Below are positions 20,946-34,020 of a DNA stretch of 64,000 nt, piece after piece; within the stretch, counting starts at the first letter, position 1, and the number at the start of each line of letters is the position of its first letter. The stretch is from the human T2T-CHM13v2.0 reference genome, Homo sapiens: NCBI RefSeq assembly GCF_009914755.1, contig NC_060925.1, one strand, 5' to 3'. Below the pieces are notes generated by a model that did not search any database, was not told where the DNA came from, and saw nothing but the letters and a program-made list of their open reading frames with translations. Made by a program: the position numbers and the translations under genes.

Positions 20946-22219
20946 CCTTGCTTCTCTTTTTAGGCTACAGGGCAATGCAATGTTAAGCCCAAGCTCAGTC
21001 TGCTCTAGTGTGTGCACACGCAATGGCACCCACTGTGCCCTCACTTGGATGACCCGCCTTTGTCCCACAGGTAATTCCTACTGAGCCTTCAAGAGCTGGC
21101 TGGGCAGGCACCTCCCTCCAGAAGCCTCCCCTGACACCATCGTCTCCCCTGCCTGGGTTGTGGACCCTCCTCTGAGCTTCCATATAAAGTGAGTTTCTGA
21201 GGACATTTTGTACCTACGTTAGTAGCACGGTGCAGGGGTAAAGAACATGGACCCTAGAGTCAATCTACAGGGTTGGAATAGTGGCTGCTACACCTACTGG
21301 GTTATATGACAAATGACTCAACGCCACTGTAAAATGGGGCCATGATGCATAATGGTTAAGTGTAAGGAAACTAAATCCAGGGTGGCTAAATTTAAATACG
21401 CTGTGCTATTGCTAGCTGAGCGACCTTGGGCAAATTACTCAACATCCATATGCCTAGTTTCCTCATATGAAAAACGAAGATCATAATAGTACCCACCTCA
21501 TTGGGTTATTGTGAGGGTTCAATGTAAAGCATGTAGAATAGTGCCTGGTACATAGTAAGTGCTCATAAATATCAGTTCTAATCATCATGTGTCTGGATCC
21601 CACATTGGATGTCATACATGGTTGAATGAATGGAATGCATTGAATTGTATTGGATTGAAATGAATTAAAGTAAATTGAAATGAATTAAAATTGTGCCAGC
21701 TCTTGTTTGTCTGTCACTGAAGGCTCCTCTCTGGGCCAGCACCTTAAATGGTATAAGGGCTTCCCTCCCTAAGTCCTACTTGTCACTGCCATGGCCCCCA
21801 GGATGACTTCTCTTTGCTTCCAGTTAACTAGCCGTTCATATCAACCTAGGAACAAGCAAGCACTCAACCAGGCTCAAGCTTCAACTTTGTCTCAGGGACA
21901 TTCTTCAAGGAGGCCCTGTCCATTATCAACAACCTATCAGCCCACTGAGATGCCTGAAACTCATTTCAATATTTTTAAAAAAGCAAAGTCACACCATTGT
22001 GGACATCTGTCTTATTTACAGTTGTCTCATCACAGTCTGGGAATATTTTTAGCTGAATATAAAATAACCATCATCCTACCCTCCCCTTCAGCCATACCTT
22101 CTGGTTCTGGATTTATAGACAGCATGCAGACTTCCCAGCCCCTAAGTGAGAAGAAAGCTGGGGTCGGTGGGGGTGGGGGTGGGGGGTAGCAACAGGCTGA
22201 AGCTTCCAAAAGAAAACTA

Positions 22220-22535
<316 letters not shown>

Positions 22536-22981
22536 AGAAATGAGCGAGAGGCCACAAAAAGGAAACAAAACCCGAAAACCCAACAACATGAAATTGCTTG
22601 CATAAGCTAGCTGCACTTGTATCCCCTAAATCTATAAAAATAAAAAAAATCCTTGCCACTAAGGAGAGAGAAGGGGAAGCAGAGAAGCAGAGAATTATGA
22701 AGACCATTTGGTAGAGGGAATTTGAGGAACACCAAAGAGGATGCCTCTCACTGTGCTGAAAAATCAAGGCAGGCTTCACAGAAGAGGGCATGCCCAGGCT
22801 GCTTCTAAAGGAAAGCTTACATTGTTGACTGAATTTCGGTGCAATCTACGGAAGAAGATGGGGGAATCTTTTCCTCGGGATTTTGTAGAAAGGAACATCT
22901 GTGCCCCTGGAGAACCATAGGCCTCCCCCGCCCCTGCCCCTGCTATTTGCTCCTGTGACCACTGTTCCAATGAACTCTCAC

Positions 22982-23129
22982 CTTGATAGGATGCCACGAG
23001 CCCCTTTTGATCCTCTAAGGAAGCGTCATAGTGGGTAAAAAAATAGAAGAGGAGAATGAGAGCTGCTTCCAGTGTTAGGGCGCAGAGGGGCAGGCAGCGC
23101 CGGACAGACCGCGGGTACTTAGAGCTCAT
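22982..23129 (-). CDS. RHCE: RHCE exon 1 coding part (c.1-148), Cys16 allele (c.48C at 23082)
   Basis: ATG at 23129 encodes MSSKYPRSVRRCLPLCALTLEAALILLFYFFTHYDASLEDQKGLVASYQ. Length is 148 nt, followed by a GTGAGA donor at 22981. The promoter has the RHCE-type CATAGACAGG. Confidence 0.98.
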
Positions 23130-23300
23130 CCTGTGTCCGTCTCTGTGCAGGGGTTCCACCAGCACCAGGCATCACCCCTCTCTCCAACACCTACTTGAGG
23201 GCTTGAGGGAGCGATAGGGGAGACACCCGCCAAAGGCCTTATCTCAGGCTGCAAGGCTGGCTGTGCTGGCCTGTCTATGGAGTTAACACGGAAGCAGAGG
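23130..23300 (-). promoter_or_regulatory. RHCE: RHCE erythroid proximal promoter / 5'UTR
   Basis: AGATAA on the minus strand at 23239-23244 (c.-115 to -110), a second GATA core at 23213-23216, and a CACCCGCC KLF/Sp-type box at ~23224-23231. Confidence 0.85.
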
Positions 23301-25056
23301 GACTATGATGGGGAGGGGAGGAAATGTATGTTTTCCAATATTGTCATTCATTCAACAAGTTGCTGTGTTCCTGTTACAGGTTCCTGCTGTGCTCAGTTTG
23401 AAAGAGGGCATTCTATTCCTTTGACACCCAAACATAATCCTTCTTTACTCTGTACTTCAGTCATCTTCAGCATATCCTTGTAAGAAAAGCAAGGAACGGA
23501 TCAATACTCCTATTTTATAAATAAGGAAACTGAAGCTCAGAAGAGGCTTTCTTTTTAAAACCTTACTACATGACAGAGAGGGCACCCAGTGAGCTCTTAA
23601 CAACAATGTATTGAATGAGAATGAATGAAAGCAAAGAATGGAGCTGAGCCCTGGGGAGGATACAGATAGGACCCACGTAGAATTGACTCCTCATAGTTAC
23701 ACAGTTGAAATTACTTACATTTGAACTTGTATTTAAATCTATGTGTTTCTAAGCATTTTAAGGGGGGGTGGCAGAAGAGAAAGGAGATGTGGGTTTGGCT
23801 CTAGTAAAAACCTGGAGGGGATCCTGATCCAGCCTTAGGGTGAAGTTGCTCTACCTCTGGTCACCTCCTCACAGGGCAGCCCAGGACTCTGCCTGGGGCA
23901 CTACAGTGCATCTGAGGAAGGCCACCAGCCTCAGCATCCCCATCCCTCAGTACTGGACAGTCCAGTCCCCTGGCATGAGCTTTACGGGGCTTGGGACTTA
24001 GTTCTAACCCTGCAGCCAACTTCCCGGAACTGTGCTCCCATCCATGTGCCTGGCAGAAGGTCTGGTACATGGTAAGTGTCAAGGAAGGAAGGAAGAGAGA
24101 GAGGGATGTAGGGAGGGAGGAAGGGATGAAAGAGGAAGAAAAGAAGGAAGGAATTGGAGTTTCCTCATTTTCTACAATGGCCCCAGCCACTGGCCACTGA
24201 GTGTAAACTGAATGTGTGGAGCCCCAGAGAATAAAGCCAGGGCCAGGAGCTACAGGGAAGTGGAAGGTGGAAAGTGGATACTTTATTGACCATTACAGTT
24301 GTCCACTGAAATACTCATGAGGTAGTGAGCACCCTGTCACTAGAGGAATGCAGAAATGTCTTGAAAACAATTCCTATGTAGATCAGAGGAGATTTTAATC
24401 ACCCAGTCGAATCCTGTCATTTTGTTTTTAGACCAAGAAACCAAGACCCAGAGAGGTCATACCTAAGGTCATCTAGTCACTTGGCATCGGTCACTTCTTG
24501 CTCAGTGCAGCTTTATTTACAGAAGGAAAAAACTGAGACTAACCTAAATGTCCGCTAGCAGGGGGTTGGTTAAGAAAACTGCAGGACATGAAACTTGCTA
24601 CCAATATGATGGTTCTGAACATATGCAGGAAAAGCAAGAGGAAAACGCTTTTATCAAAACTGACACAGAGGATAGACTGTTTAGTGAAAAAGCAAGTTAT
24701 ATAACAGCATGTACAATATATTCCCACTCTTATAAAATAATATGTTAGCACACGCATAGAAAAAAGTTGGCTGCAAACCACTAAAACATTGGTTAATTTT
24801 GCTTTATACATTTTCAGAGCTAACTGTTACTAAGTACTTGCTAGGCACCATTCTAAGCACTTTACATATATGAACTTAGTTCATGACACTGGGATGGGTA
24901 CTATTAAGCTTTTATTACAAATGAGTAAACTGAGGCACAGAAAAACTAAGTGACTTGCTCAAGGTCACAGGGCTAGTAAGCAGTAGAGCTGGGATTTAAA
25001 CCCAGGCAGCCTAACTTCAGGACCTGGGTGTTTGACCACTTAACTGTAGCCTAGAT

Positions 25057-25380
25057 CAGGGGTCCCCAACCTATTTGGCACCAGGGACGGGTTTTGTAGA
25101 AGACAATTTTTCCATGGACCGGGGTGAGGTTGGAGGGATGGTGTGGGGATGAAACTGTTCCACCTCAGATCATCAGGCATTAGTTAGATTCTCCTAAGGA
25201 GCACGCAACCTAGATCCCTCTCATGCGCGGTTCCCAATAGGGTTTGTGCCCCTGTGAGAATCTAATGCCGCTGCTGATCTGACAGGAGGCGGAGCTCAGG
25301 CGGTAGTGCTCGCTGGCCTACCCCTCATGCTGTGCGGTCAGGTTCCTAACGGGCCACAGCCTGGGGGTTGGGGACCCCCA
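25057..25380 (+). mobile_element. MER1B-type hAT-Charlie DNA transposon
   Basis: TIRs CAGGGGTCCCCAACC / GGTTGGGGACCCCCA. Perfect 8-bp TSD GCCTAGAT at 25049-25056 and 25381-25388. Confidence 0.9.
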
Positions 25381-26281
25381 GCCTAGATTACTTCTAAGTC
25401 TTCTTCCAATTCTAAAAGTCTAGGAACATGGGCTTCTAAGCCCTCTGCTACCCCAACAGCAATTAAGGGGGAGGGTACCCCAATCCCCAGAGGTCAGAAG
25501 TCTCCATTCCTCTCACAATTGCCTCCTGGTTCTGATCTCTGCTCTATTTCTGGCAGTCAGTACTTCTTATAAACTGGGTTTCCTGAGAAGGAACTCCCCT
25601 GCACAGTGGGATAAAGGGATGTGACCCCTGCTAACCTGGGCCCAGTACAAGCTCTGTAAACCAGGCAGCCAACTGCACCTACCTACCCGAGGGCACCAGA
25701 TGTCAGCAAGATGAACACTAAAGATTTCCAGGCAATGCCAACCCCTAGACCTGACAGGCATGTTTACCAGCTGGCAAACAGCGTGGGTGGTGGTTGGTTC
25801 CAAGGCACTCCAAATCCCTGTGCGTCCTGATCCTGCCCCAGTAAGGAAGCAGCAGGGACTGACTGCTTGACAAGAGGATCCCGCTCCTCGCAGAACAGAA
25901 ATGCTTTCATTAAAAAAGGGAGGTATCCCTGCAGTTGGCCTCTCCCGACAGATTTCTCGAAAGCAGAGTTTTTGCTCTTCCCCTCTGACTCTTATAAAAG
26001 GCCCCATTTTCTGACTACATTTCCCGATATTCTGTCTTTAAATCTTCAAGGCAGGTCACCTGCTACAGAAAGCACAAGGGATCTAGGATAGATAAGTCAA
26101 AAACCAAATACAGTAAAATGTTAATTGTTGATTCTAGCTGTGAGATGTATGGCTTTTCACCGTACAAGTCTTTCAACTTTTTTTGGTAGATGTTTGAAAT
26201 TTTTCATAATAAAATGCTGGGAAAAAAGCACTCTATTGCACCTGCTGTTCTCTCTGTCTGAAACACTCCTCCTACCAGATA

Positions 26282-27459
<1,178 letters not shown>

Positions 27460-29107
27460 GTGTATTTGTTCATTATCTGCTTTCCCCTATGAGAATCTGA
27501 GCAACATAAAGACAGGGACTTTTGACTGCTGTGGTTGCTGTTGTATCCTCAGCACCAGGGAAGTCCATAGTAGGTGCTCAATAAATATTTGTTGGCTGAA
27601 TAACAGCTACCATTTCTGGAATGCCAAGCACGGAACCAATCATTTTGCATATGCTATTTCATCGGATCTTCCTCTCAAGCCTGTGAGTGTAGGCATCATT
27701 ACGCTTACAAAAGAGGAAACTGCTGCTCAGAGAGGTGGCGTGAGTACCCAAAGCCACACAGCTAATAAACGGCAGAGGTGGGACCTAACCCAGATCCATC
27801 TGACACCATGGCTTGTGTTGCTAATCACTTTGCAATTCTGCCTCCCAAGTTACTAAATCACCCAGTCTCAATTTCCTTATGAGTCAAGTAAGATGTACTC
27901 TGGTCTCCTCACAGGGTTATTACAAACGTGAAAATTTGTCAGCAGGCCTGGCAGCCTGAGTTACGGAAATGAAGCTGAGCAAGTGGTGCTATGTCCACGG
28001 CGTGCTGGTCTGAGCAGCCAGGCTTCCTGCAGGTGTGGTGAATCAAGCCAGGGAGCCCACAGCTTTCACGTGTAATCATGACTTTTCTGTAAACACCAGA
28101 CTCCCTGAGAATACCTGCCATGCCCTCCTACCTGAGTCAAGCTCAGTCACTGGCAGTGACCAATGAGGTAGGAGGTCCTCCGGTCCCTCCCTGGAAATGT
28201 GTCCACGCCAAGGGTGTGACCTTGCTCTGGGCACGTTTGGCTAAAGTGCAGCTAAGTCAGTCGTTCATTGATTTAACACACATGAGCTTTGGAGTTAGGC
28301 AACCTGGTTCAAATTCTGGCTTTGGAATGAGCTGTGTGACCTTGGGTAAAACAGTCAGTGTCTCTGTGCCTGTTTCCTCATCTGGAAAGGCAGAAAATCA
28401 GTGTCAATCTCACTGGGTTGTTGTGAAGATTCAACGAGGCAGTGCATAAAGTGTCAGATGTGTAGAAAACACTCCATAAATGTTAGCAATTATGATTATC
28501 ACACAAGCTTGGCAAGTTTACTGTAGAAACTTTGAAAATACAGATGCATAAAGCTAACATAAAATGTCCATTTCAGTCTCTCCAAAAACCAGCACTATGT
28601 TTTGAGTGTATATCCTTTCAGATGTTTTTCTATTCCTGTCGATTTAGGCCTTGTTTTTCTCCCTACAAAAATGGGATTACACAGCACATACTGTTTGGTA
28701 ACTTGCTATTTTCATGAACTCTATATCATAAGCAGTTTCCAAGCCAGGAAAATCTTTCTACAACAATATAACATGGTGGTTAAAGAGCCCAGGCACTGAA
28801 AGCAGACTGCCTGGATTTGAATTCCCAACTCTGTTACTATGTGACCTTAGGCAAGTGCCTTAACTCCTCTGTGCCACAGTGTCCTCATCTGTAATATGGT
28901 GCTAGTAATCTCTATCTCATAGGATTGTTGTGAGGATTAAAACAAAATGTATCTGATACTTGGAGTGGCGGCTGCCATAGTTAGTGCTGTGTATAATCAT
29001 CCTCCATGCCACACTGACTTCCATGGTAAGGATATGTGATAAAGTGTTTGGTCAGTCCTCTCCCAAACTAGCCCTGTTCTAAACACTACAGTGAACATCT
29101 TCCATTA

Positions 29108-29422
<315 letters not shown>

Positions 29423-31568
29423 CTAGGGGATACAGGTACATGTGTTAAGAGGTGGCCATCGAAATGTTTGGACTTTTCTGTGATTCTTACAGGGCAGGAA
29501 CAAAGCTCAAGACAGCTAGTGGGCTTGCGGGGATTGAACGGGCTGACAGAGGTGGGAATACCATTTCCTTATATGTGAAACAGGGTTTAATGATCTGGCC
29601 TCTAGAGCTGTTCTGGGCTCAGCTGAAGCCCAAGTGCAAATCCCTTCATCAGAAAGTCCCAGAAGGAGGGACAAGCCTAAATTCCTCTGTAGGCCTTGGT
29701 CTTTTGAATGAGGGCAAATTACTTCCCTTCCTTGTTTCACTCATTTGTAAAATGGCCACTGCTGATCTCTGCTTCCTGACTGGTGAAGGTGTGGGGAGCT
29801 GGGGCCTTCTGGCAGGAGGCCCACTTCTGTGCCCTTAGAATCCCAAAGGGCCATTTCAGGACTCAGAGGAAAAAGGCTGGCACTTGGCTGGAGCCAAAAG
29901 GGCTTGTGCTAGAGTGGGTCATGGAAAAAAGAGCTGGGTCTGGAGGAGTGAAAGAGGAAGAGTATGGAGATGGGCAGTCCTGCTCTGGCCTCTCCTTGGG
30001 TCTTGGCAAGAAGGCCATTCCCATCATCTCACCCCAACTCTACCCATCAATAGCTATATACAGGCACCACAGCTTGCTCAGCTTGTGCTTTGAGCTAGAT
30101 TGCTCTACCACACCTATTATGTGACCTTGTTTCCTCTCAGCCTCAGTTTTCTCATTTGTAAAATGGAGCTAGCACAATCTGCTTCTAAACATAGAACTAG
30201 AAGCACCACCTCCAGAGGAGATCTTGGCACAGGGTGGGCTGGTGACTCAACCAAGGACACTAGTGAGTTGCCATGTGAATTGGGATTGGAACTTAGACCT
30301 CCAGACCTTCAGATTGTTTGTCAGCCATCACCCTCAGATTTTCTCTGCCCTTTCTCTGCTTCCACATAGTCCTAGAGCTCAACAGTAACTCTCAGCCACA
30401 ACCTCCATTGCTCCCAGCCACTCCGCACTTTTGCCACAGCATGAGATGCCCTGTCAGGGTCTATTTAATAGTAGGCTAGACAGTGAGCCTCAGAAAGCTG
30501 GCATGTGTCCCCAGTGCCTCTCATCTTTTCTTTGGCTTACTCATCTAACCATCCCACTTAGTCTCTGGCCCAGGTAATCTGGAACACTGCAGTCATGGGG
30601 ATGAGGGATATTCAAGTCTGGGGTTCCCATGGAGGCTGGAGCCCGGACTTTACCATGTACCTGTTCCTGCGCTCCCCAACGCCTTTAAGCTTCCATTTTG
30701 ATTTGGTTCCCACCTGTATCTTCCTCAGTGAACCAATCTGCCTTGGCAGCTGAAGGCTTTTTTCTACTGCTCCACACATAGCATTCTGTTCATATCCTTT
30801 CTCAATGATGGGCAGGCCTTGGTGAAACTTTGAGCTCACAGAGTTTGTTTTCTTGGCCACCCGGTGCCACTTGATCAATATACTGAAGTAGAATTAAGGC
30901 ATGAGAAACAAGTATACTGCTAACAGCAGTTACTTTCTGTTACCTACTGCTTGTCTGGCTCTGAAGGCTCATTGTCCTCCAAGCCTTAAAACAAACCTGA
31001 GTGGAAACAGACTGTGAGAGATTTAGTAACTTGTCCAAGCTAGTAAGTGGCCAAGCTAGAATTTCAGCCCTACTCTGAAAAAGCAAGTACTTTGGCCATT
31101 TTTCTTAACTGTATCTCTGCAGGGTATAGATTTGATCTCCAAGAAGCTTTTTGCCTAAGTGGATGGATAAGCCTTGCCTAAGAAACCACACACCAGAAGC
31201 GGCACTGACAGAGATACTGTGTTGGGGCAGAGGCAGGAAGGGGGAAAGATCGGTTGCAGTGGATTTAAGGATAGTGAGAAAAACGGTTTGCTTGCCTGGC
31301 GTAGCCTGGAAAAGGAGGGTGGGTCCCCACTGTGACCAGCTCTGGATGCCCTTCGAAACAGAATGGGTTTTCTCTTCCAGGCACTGGGAGATCTTTGAAG
31401 GTTTGTGAGCAGAAGAAAGTAACACAGAGTCATGATTGAGGACAACGCATTTGGTGTAAAGTTTCTCCCTGGGGTAGATGTTGATTAAGGGAGGGGTGAT
31501 TACAGGCCAGAGAGAGTTCTGTGAAACCCAGGACAAAACAAAATGGCATCTACTTCCTGGGAAGTTTT

Positions 31569-31795
31569 TTTTTTTTTTTTTTTTTTGAGACAAAGTCTCG
31601 CTCTCCTGCCTCAGCCTCTCGAGTAGCTGGGACTACAGGTGCCCGCCACCATGCCCAGCTAATTTTTTGTATTTTTAGTAGAGATGGGGTTTCACCATGT
31701 TATCCAGGATGGTCTCCGATCTCCTGACCTCGTGATCTACCCGCCTCGGCCTCCCAAAGTGCTGGGATTACAGGCGTGAGCCACCGCGCCCAGCC
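31569..31795 (-). mobile_element. AluY with an internal right-arm deletion
   Basis: TSD CTTCCTGGGAAGTTTT at 31553-31568 and 31796-31811. The sequence jumps at GTCTCGCTCT|CCTGCCTCAGCC. Confidence 0.88.
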
Positions 31796-31952
31796 CTTCC
31801 TGGGAAGTTTTAAAAATGCACTGGAAGACTAACTGCCCCATTGTCGTTGAGGGATTACACTGATAAAGCTACTGGATAGGACATTCTGCAATATTTTCAG
31901 AAATATTTATAAAAGCTGCATTAAAACATGTAAAAATGCTTATGTTAAAAAC

Positions 31953-32003
31953 AGTATGACTACTATTCTAGTATGACTACTATTCTAGTATGACCACTAT
32001 TCT
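31953..32003. repeat. 17-bp tandem repeat x3 (AGTATGACTACTATTCT)
   Basis: Two identical units and one with a single mismatch. Confidence 0.95.
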
Positions 32004-32279
32004 ATTTAATAGCAATAGTAACATTATCATCCATAGGGGAAAATTGGAAAACAAGCAAATACAATAAAATGTCAACTGTATTTGTGTTAATGTGATGAGA
32101 CTCATTGGTGTTTTTTCCTTTTCGGCCACTTTCCTACATTTTCCCCAGTTTTCTCTAATGATAAACATTCTTTTTATTTCTCTTAAAAAAAAACACCATG
32201 CGGACTTTTCTAAGTGTTACTTTGCCATACGTACGTGGCAGGGGAGTTATAAGGAGTAAATGAGCAAATACACGCAAAT

Positions 32280-34020
32280 TACCCAGCACGGTGCCTGGCA
32301 TAAAATCGGCGCTCAATGAGTACGAAGCGTGAAGGGTCGCCGGCCCCGCGTCCCCGCCTTGCAGGAGCCCGGACCCGCCGAGCAGGCTCCCGGTCCGGCC
32401 CGGCCCGGCCCGGAGGCCGATGCTTCGCGGTAGTGCCCTCGCGGGTCCTGCGGACTCGGCGCCCGCGGGGCCCACAGCGCTGCCCAGCCTGTGGACGTGG
32501 AGCCCGGGCCGCACCGCCGCACACGCCCCGGGCATCTCTGCGCTACGTCGCGCGCCCCCACGGCTCCGCCCCGTGGCGTAACCCGGGGCGGGGCCGCCAC
32601 CTCCGATTGGCCGGCGCGCTGTCACCACGTCGCGGGAAGCTGGCAGGGTGTGTGTCTGTGTGCGTGTGGGGTTTGCTTTGTCATTCGTACCCCCGGTGCG
32701 CGCTGACGCGGTCGGCCTGGCCGAGCTCTCCAGCATCCGCAGAAGGGTCCCCGGCGCTGTTCCTGGGATGCTCCCTTACATAATGACGCGACTGGCTGAA
32801 GCGCACGTCAGCGCAGACACCGCACATGCCGCAAACCCGGGCCTTCCGATTTCATACATTGCTAGACGAGAGCCTACAATGCCATGCCGTACGGTATGCT
32901 CTAGTAGGGATTACAATACAATGAAACGCAACCCAATAATAATAAAGCATACCTTCGCAACAAGGCGTAATATAGGATGTTATATTTATAGGGCCTATTT
33001 ATAAGCCTCTATTTAAATCTTTTCTGATAGGCTCAGCCGGGGACCCAGACACTATAATGATTGGCGCATTCTTCCGTCCTTCAAAGGGGCGGGTTCTAGA
33101 GTCAGTTTTGCCTCAGCGGGCCCTGGGATTGGCCGACAGCGGTTTACCGGTGGCTTCTATTGGCCTCCCGGGCCGTCCGTCGGAGCCGAGGAGGCGGGGC
33201 AGGCGGCTGGCTGGTGCTGGGCGGGCGGGCCCCGGAATTGTCATTTCTTTGTTTCCGAAGGCGGAGGAGGCTCCGAGCCCCCCCTCCCCGTGCTACCCCC
33301 TCCCCCCGGGTGCTGGCTCCATGTCTGTGTGACCGGCCTCAGGGGTAGAGTCCAGGCCCGACGCGGGGCGGGCCAGCGGCGGCGGCAGCTGAGGTGAGAG
33401 ACGGCGGCGGCGGCGCGGGCACCCGGCCCCCCAGCGGGAGGATGAAGCGGCGGAACGCCGACTGCAGTAAGCTCCGCCGCCCCCTAAAGCGGAACCGGAT
33501 CACCGAGGGCATTTACGGCAGGTGAGCGGCTGCACCCCCACTCCGCGGGCGCGGGCCCTGCGGTCCCCCTCCAGCTCCGAGGGGCCTGGCCCCGTTATGT
33601 AACCCCGAGTAGGCCGCACGCCCGCGCCGGGGGCTCTCCTAAGGAGCGCTGGCCCCGGAGCCGCTGGCCCGCCCGCCGGGGTCCGCCCCGGGTGCGCGGG
33701 GCGTGGCGAGGGTCGGCCCGGCCGGGCGGGCAGGGCGCGGCGGGCGCTGGCTGAGGGAGCCGCCGCGCCGCCGTTGGAAGCGCCGGGCCCGCCGGGGGGA
33801 GGGGCGGAGAGCCCCCAACCAGCCCGGCGTTCCTCAGCATCCCGGCCATGCCGCTGGGCCGGGAGGGCCGCTTCCGGGACCTCTGACTGGCCGCCGCTGG
33901 CCCCCGAGCCCCCCGGTGGCCTGGGGGCTTGCCGGCCGGAGCCAGGAGGCGCGTGGACCACAGCGCGGGGGGGTGGGGGAGGCTGACAAAGTTGAGAGCC
34001 CACTGTGGCCCCTCGTTCCC
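32280..34020. promoter_or_regulatory. CpG island; MACO1 promoter, probably bidirectional
   Basis: Very GC- and CpG-rich. GC box GGGGCGGGGCC at ~32585. ATTGG (CCAAT) boxes at ~32606, 33060, 33128 and 33160. Confidence 0.9.
33442..33521 (+). CDS. MACO1: MACO1 (macoilin, TMEM57) exon 1 coding part
   Basis: GGAGGATGA start encoding MKRRNADCSKLRRPLKRNRITEGIYG; 80 nt; GTGAGC donor. Confidence 0.96.

Noticed and set aside
21620-21690. (TGAAT/GGAAT)n tract resembling satellite II/III
   Set aside because: It is only ~70 bp and degenerate, i.e. a simple low-complexity repeat.
23130-23165. In-frame N-terminal extension of RHCE suggested by the ORF track (MLVEPLHRDGHR)
   Set aside because: It starts at GTG in the 5'UTR and is an artefact of alternative-start ORF calling.
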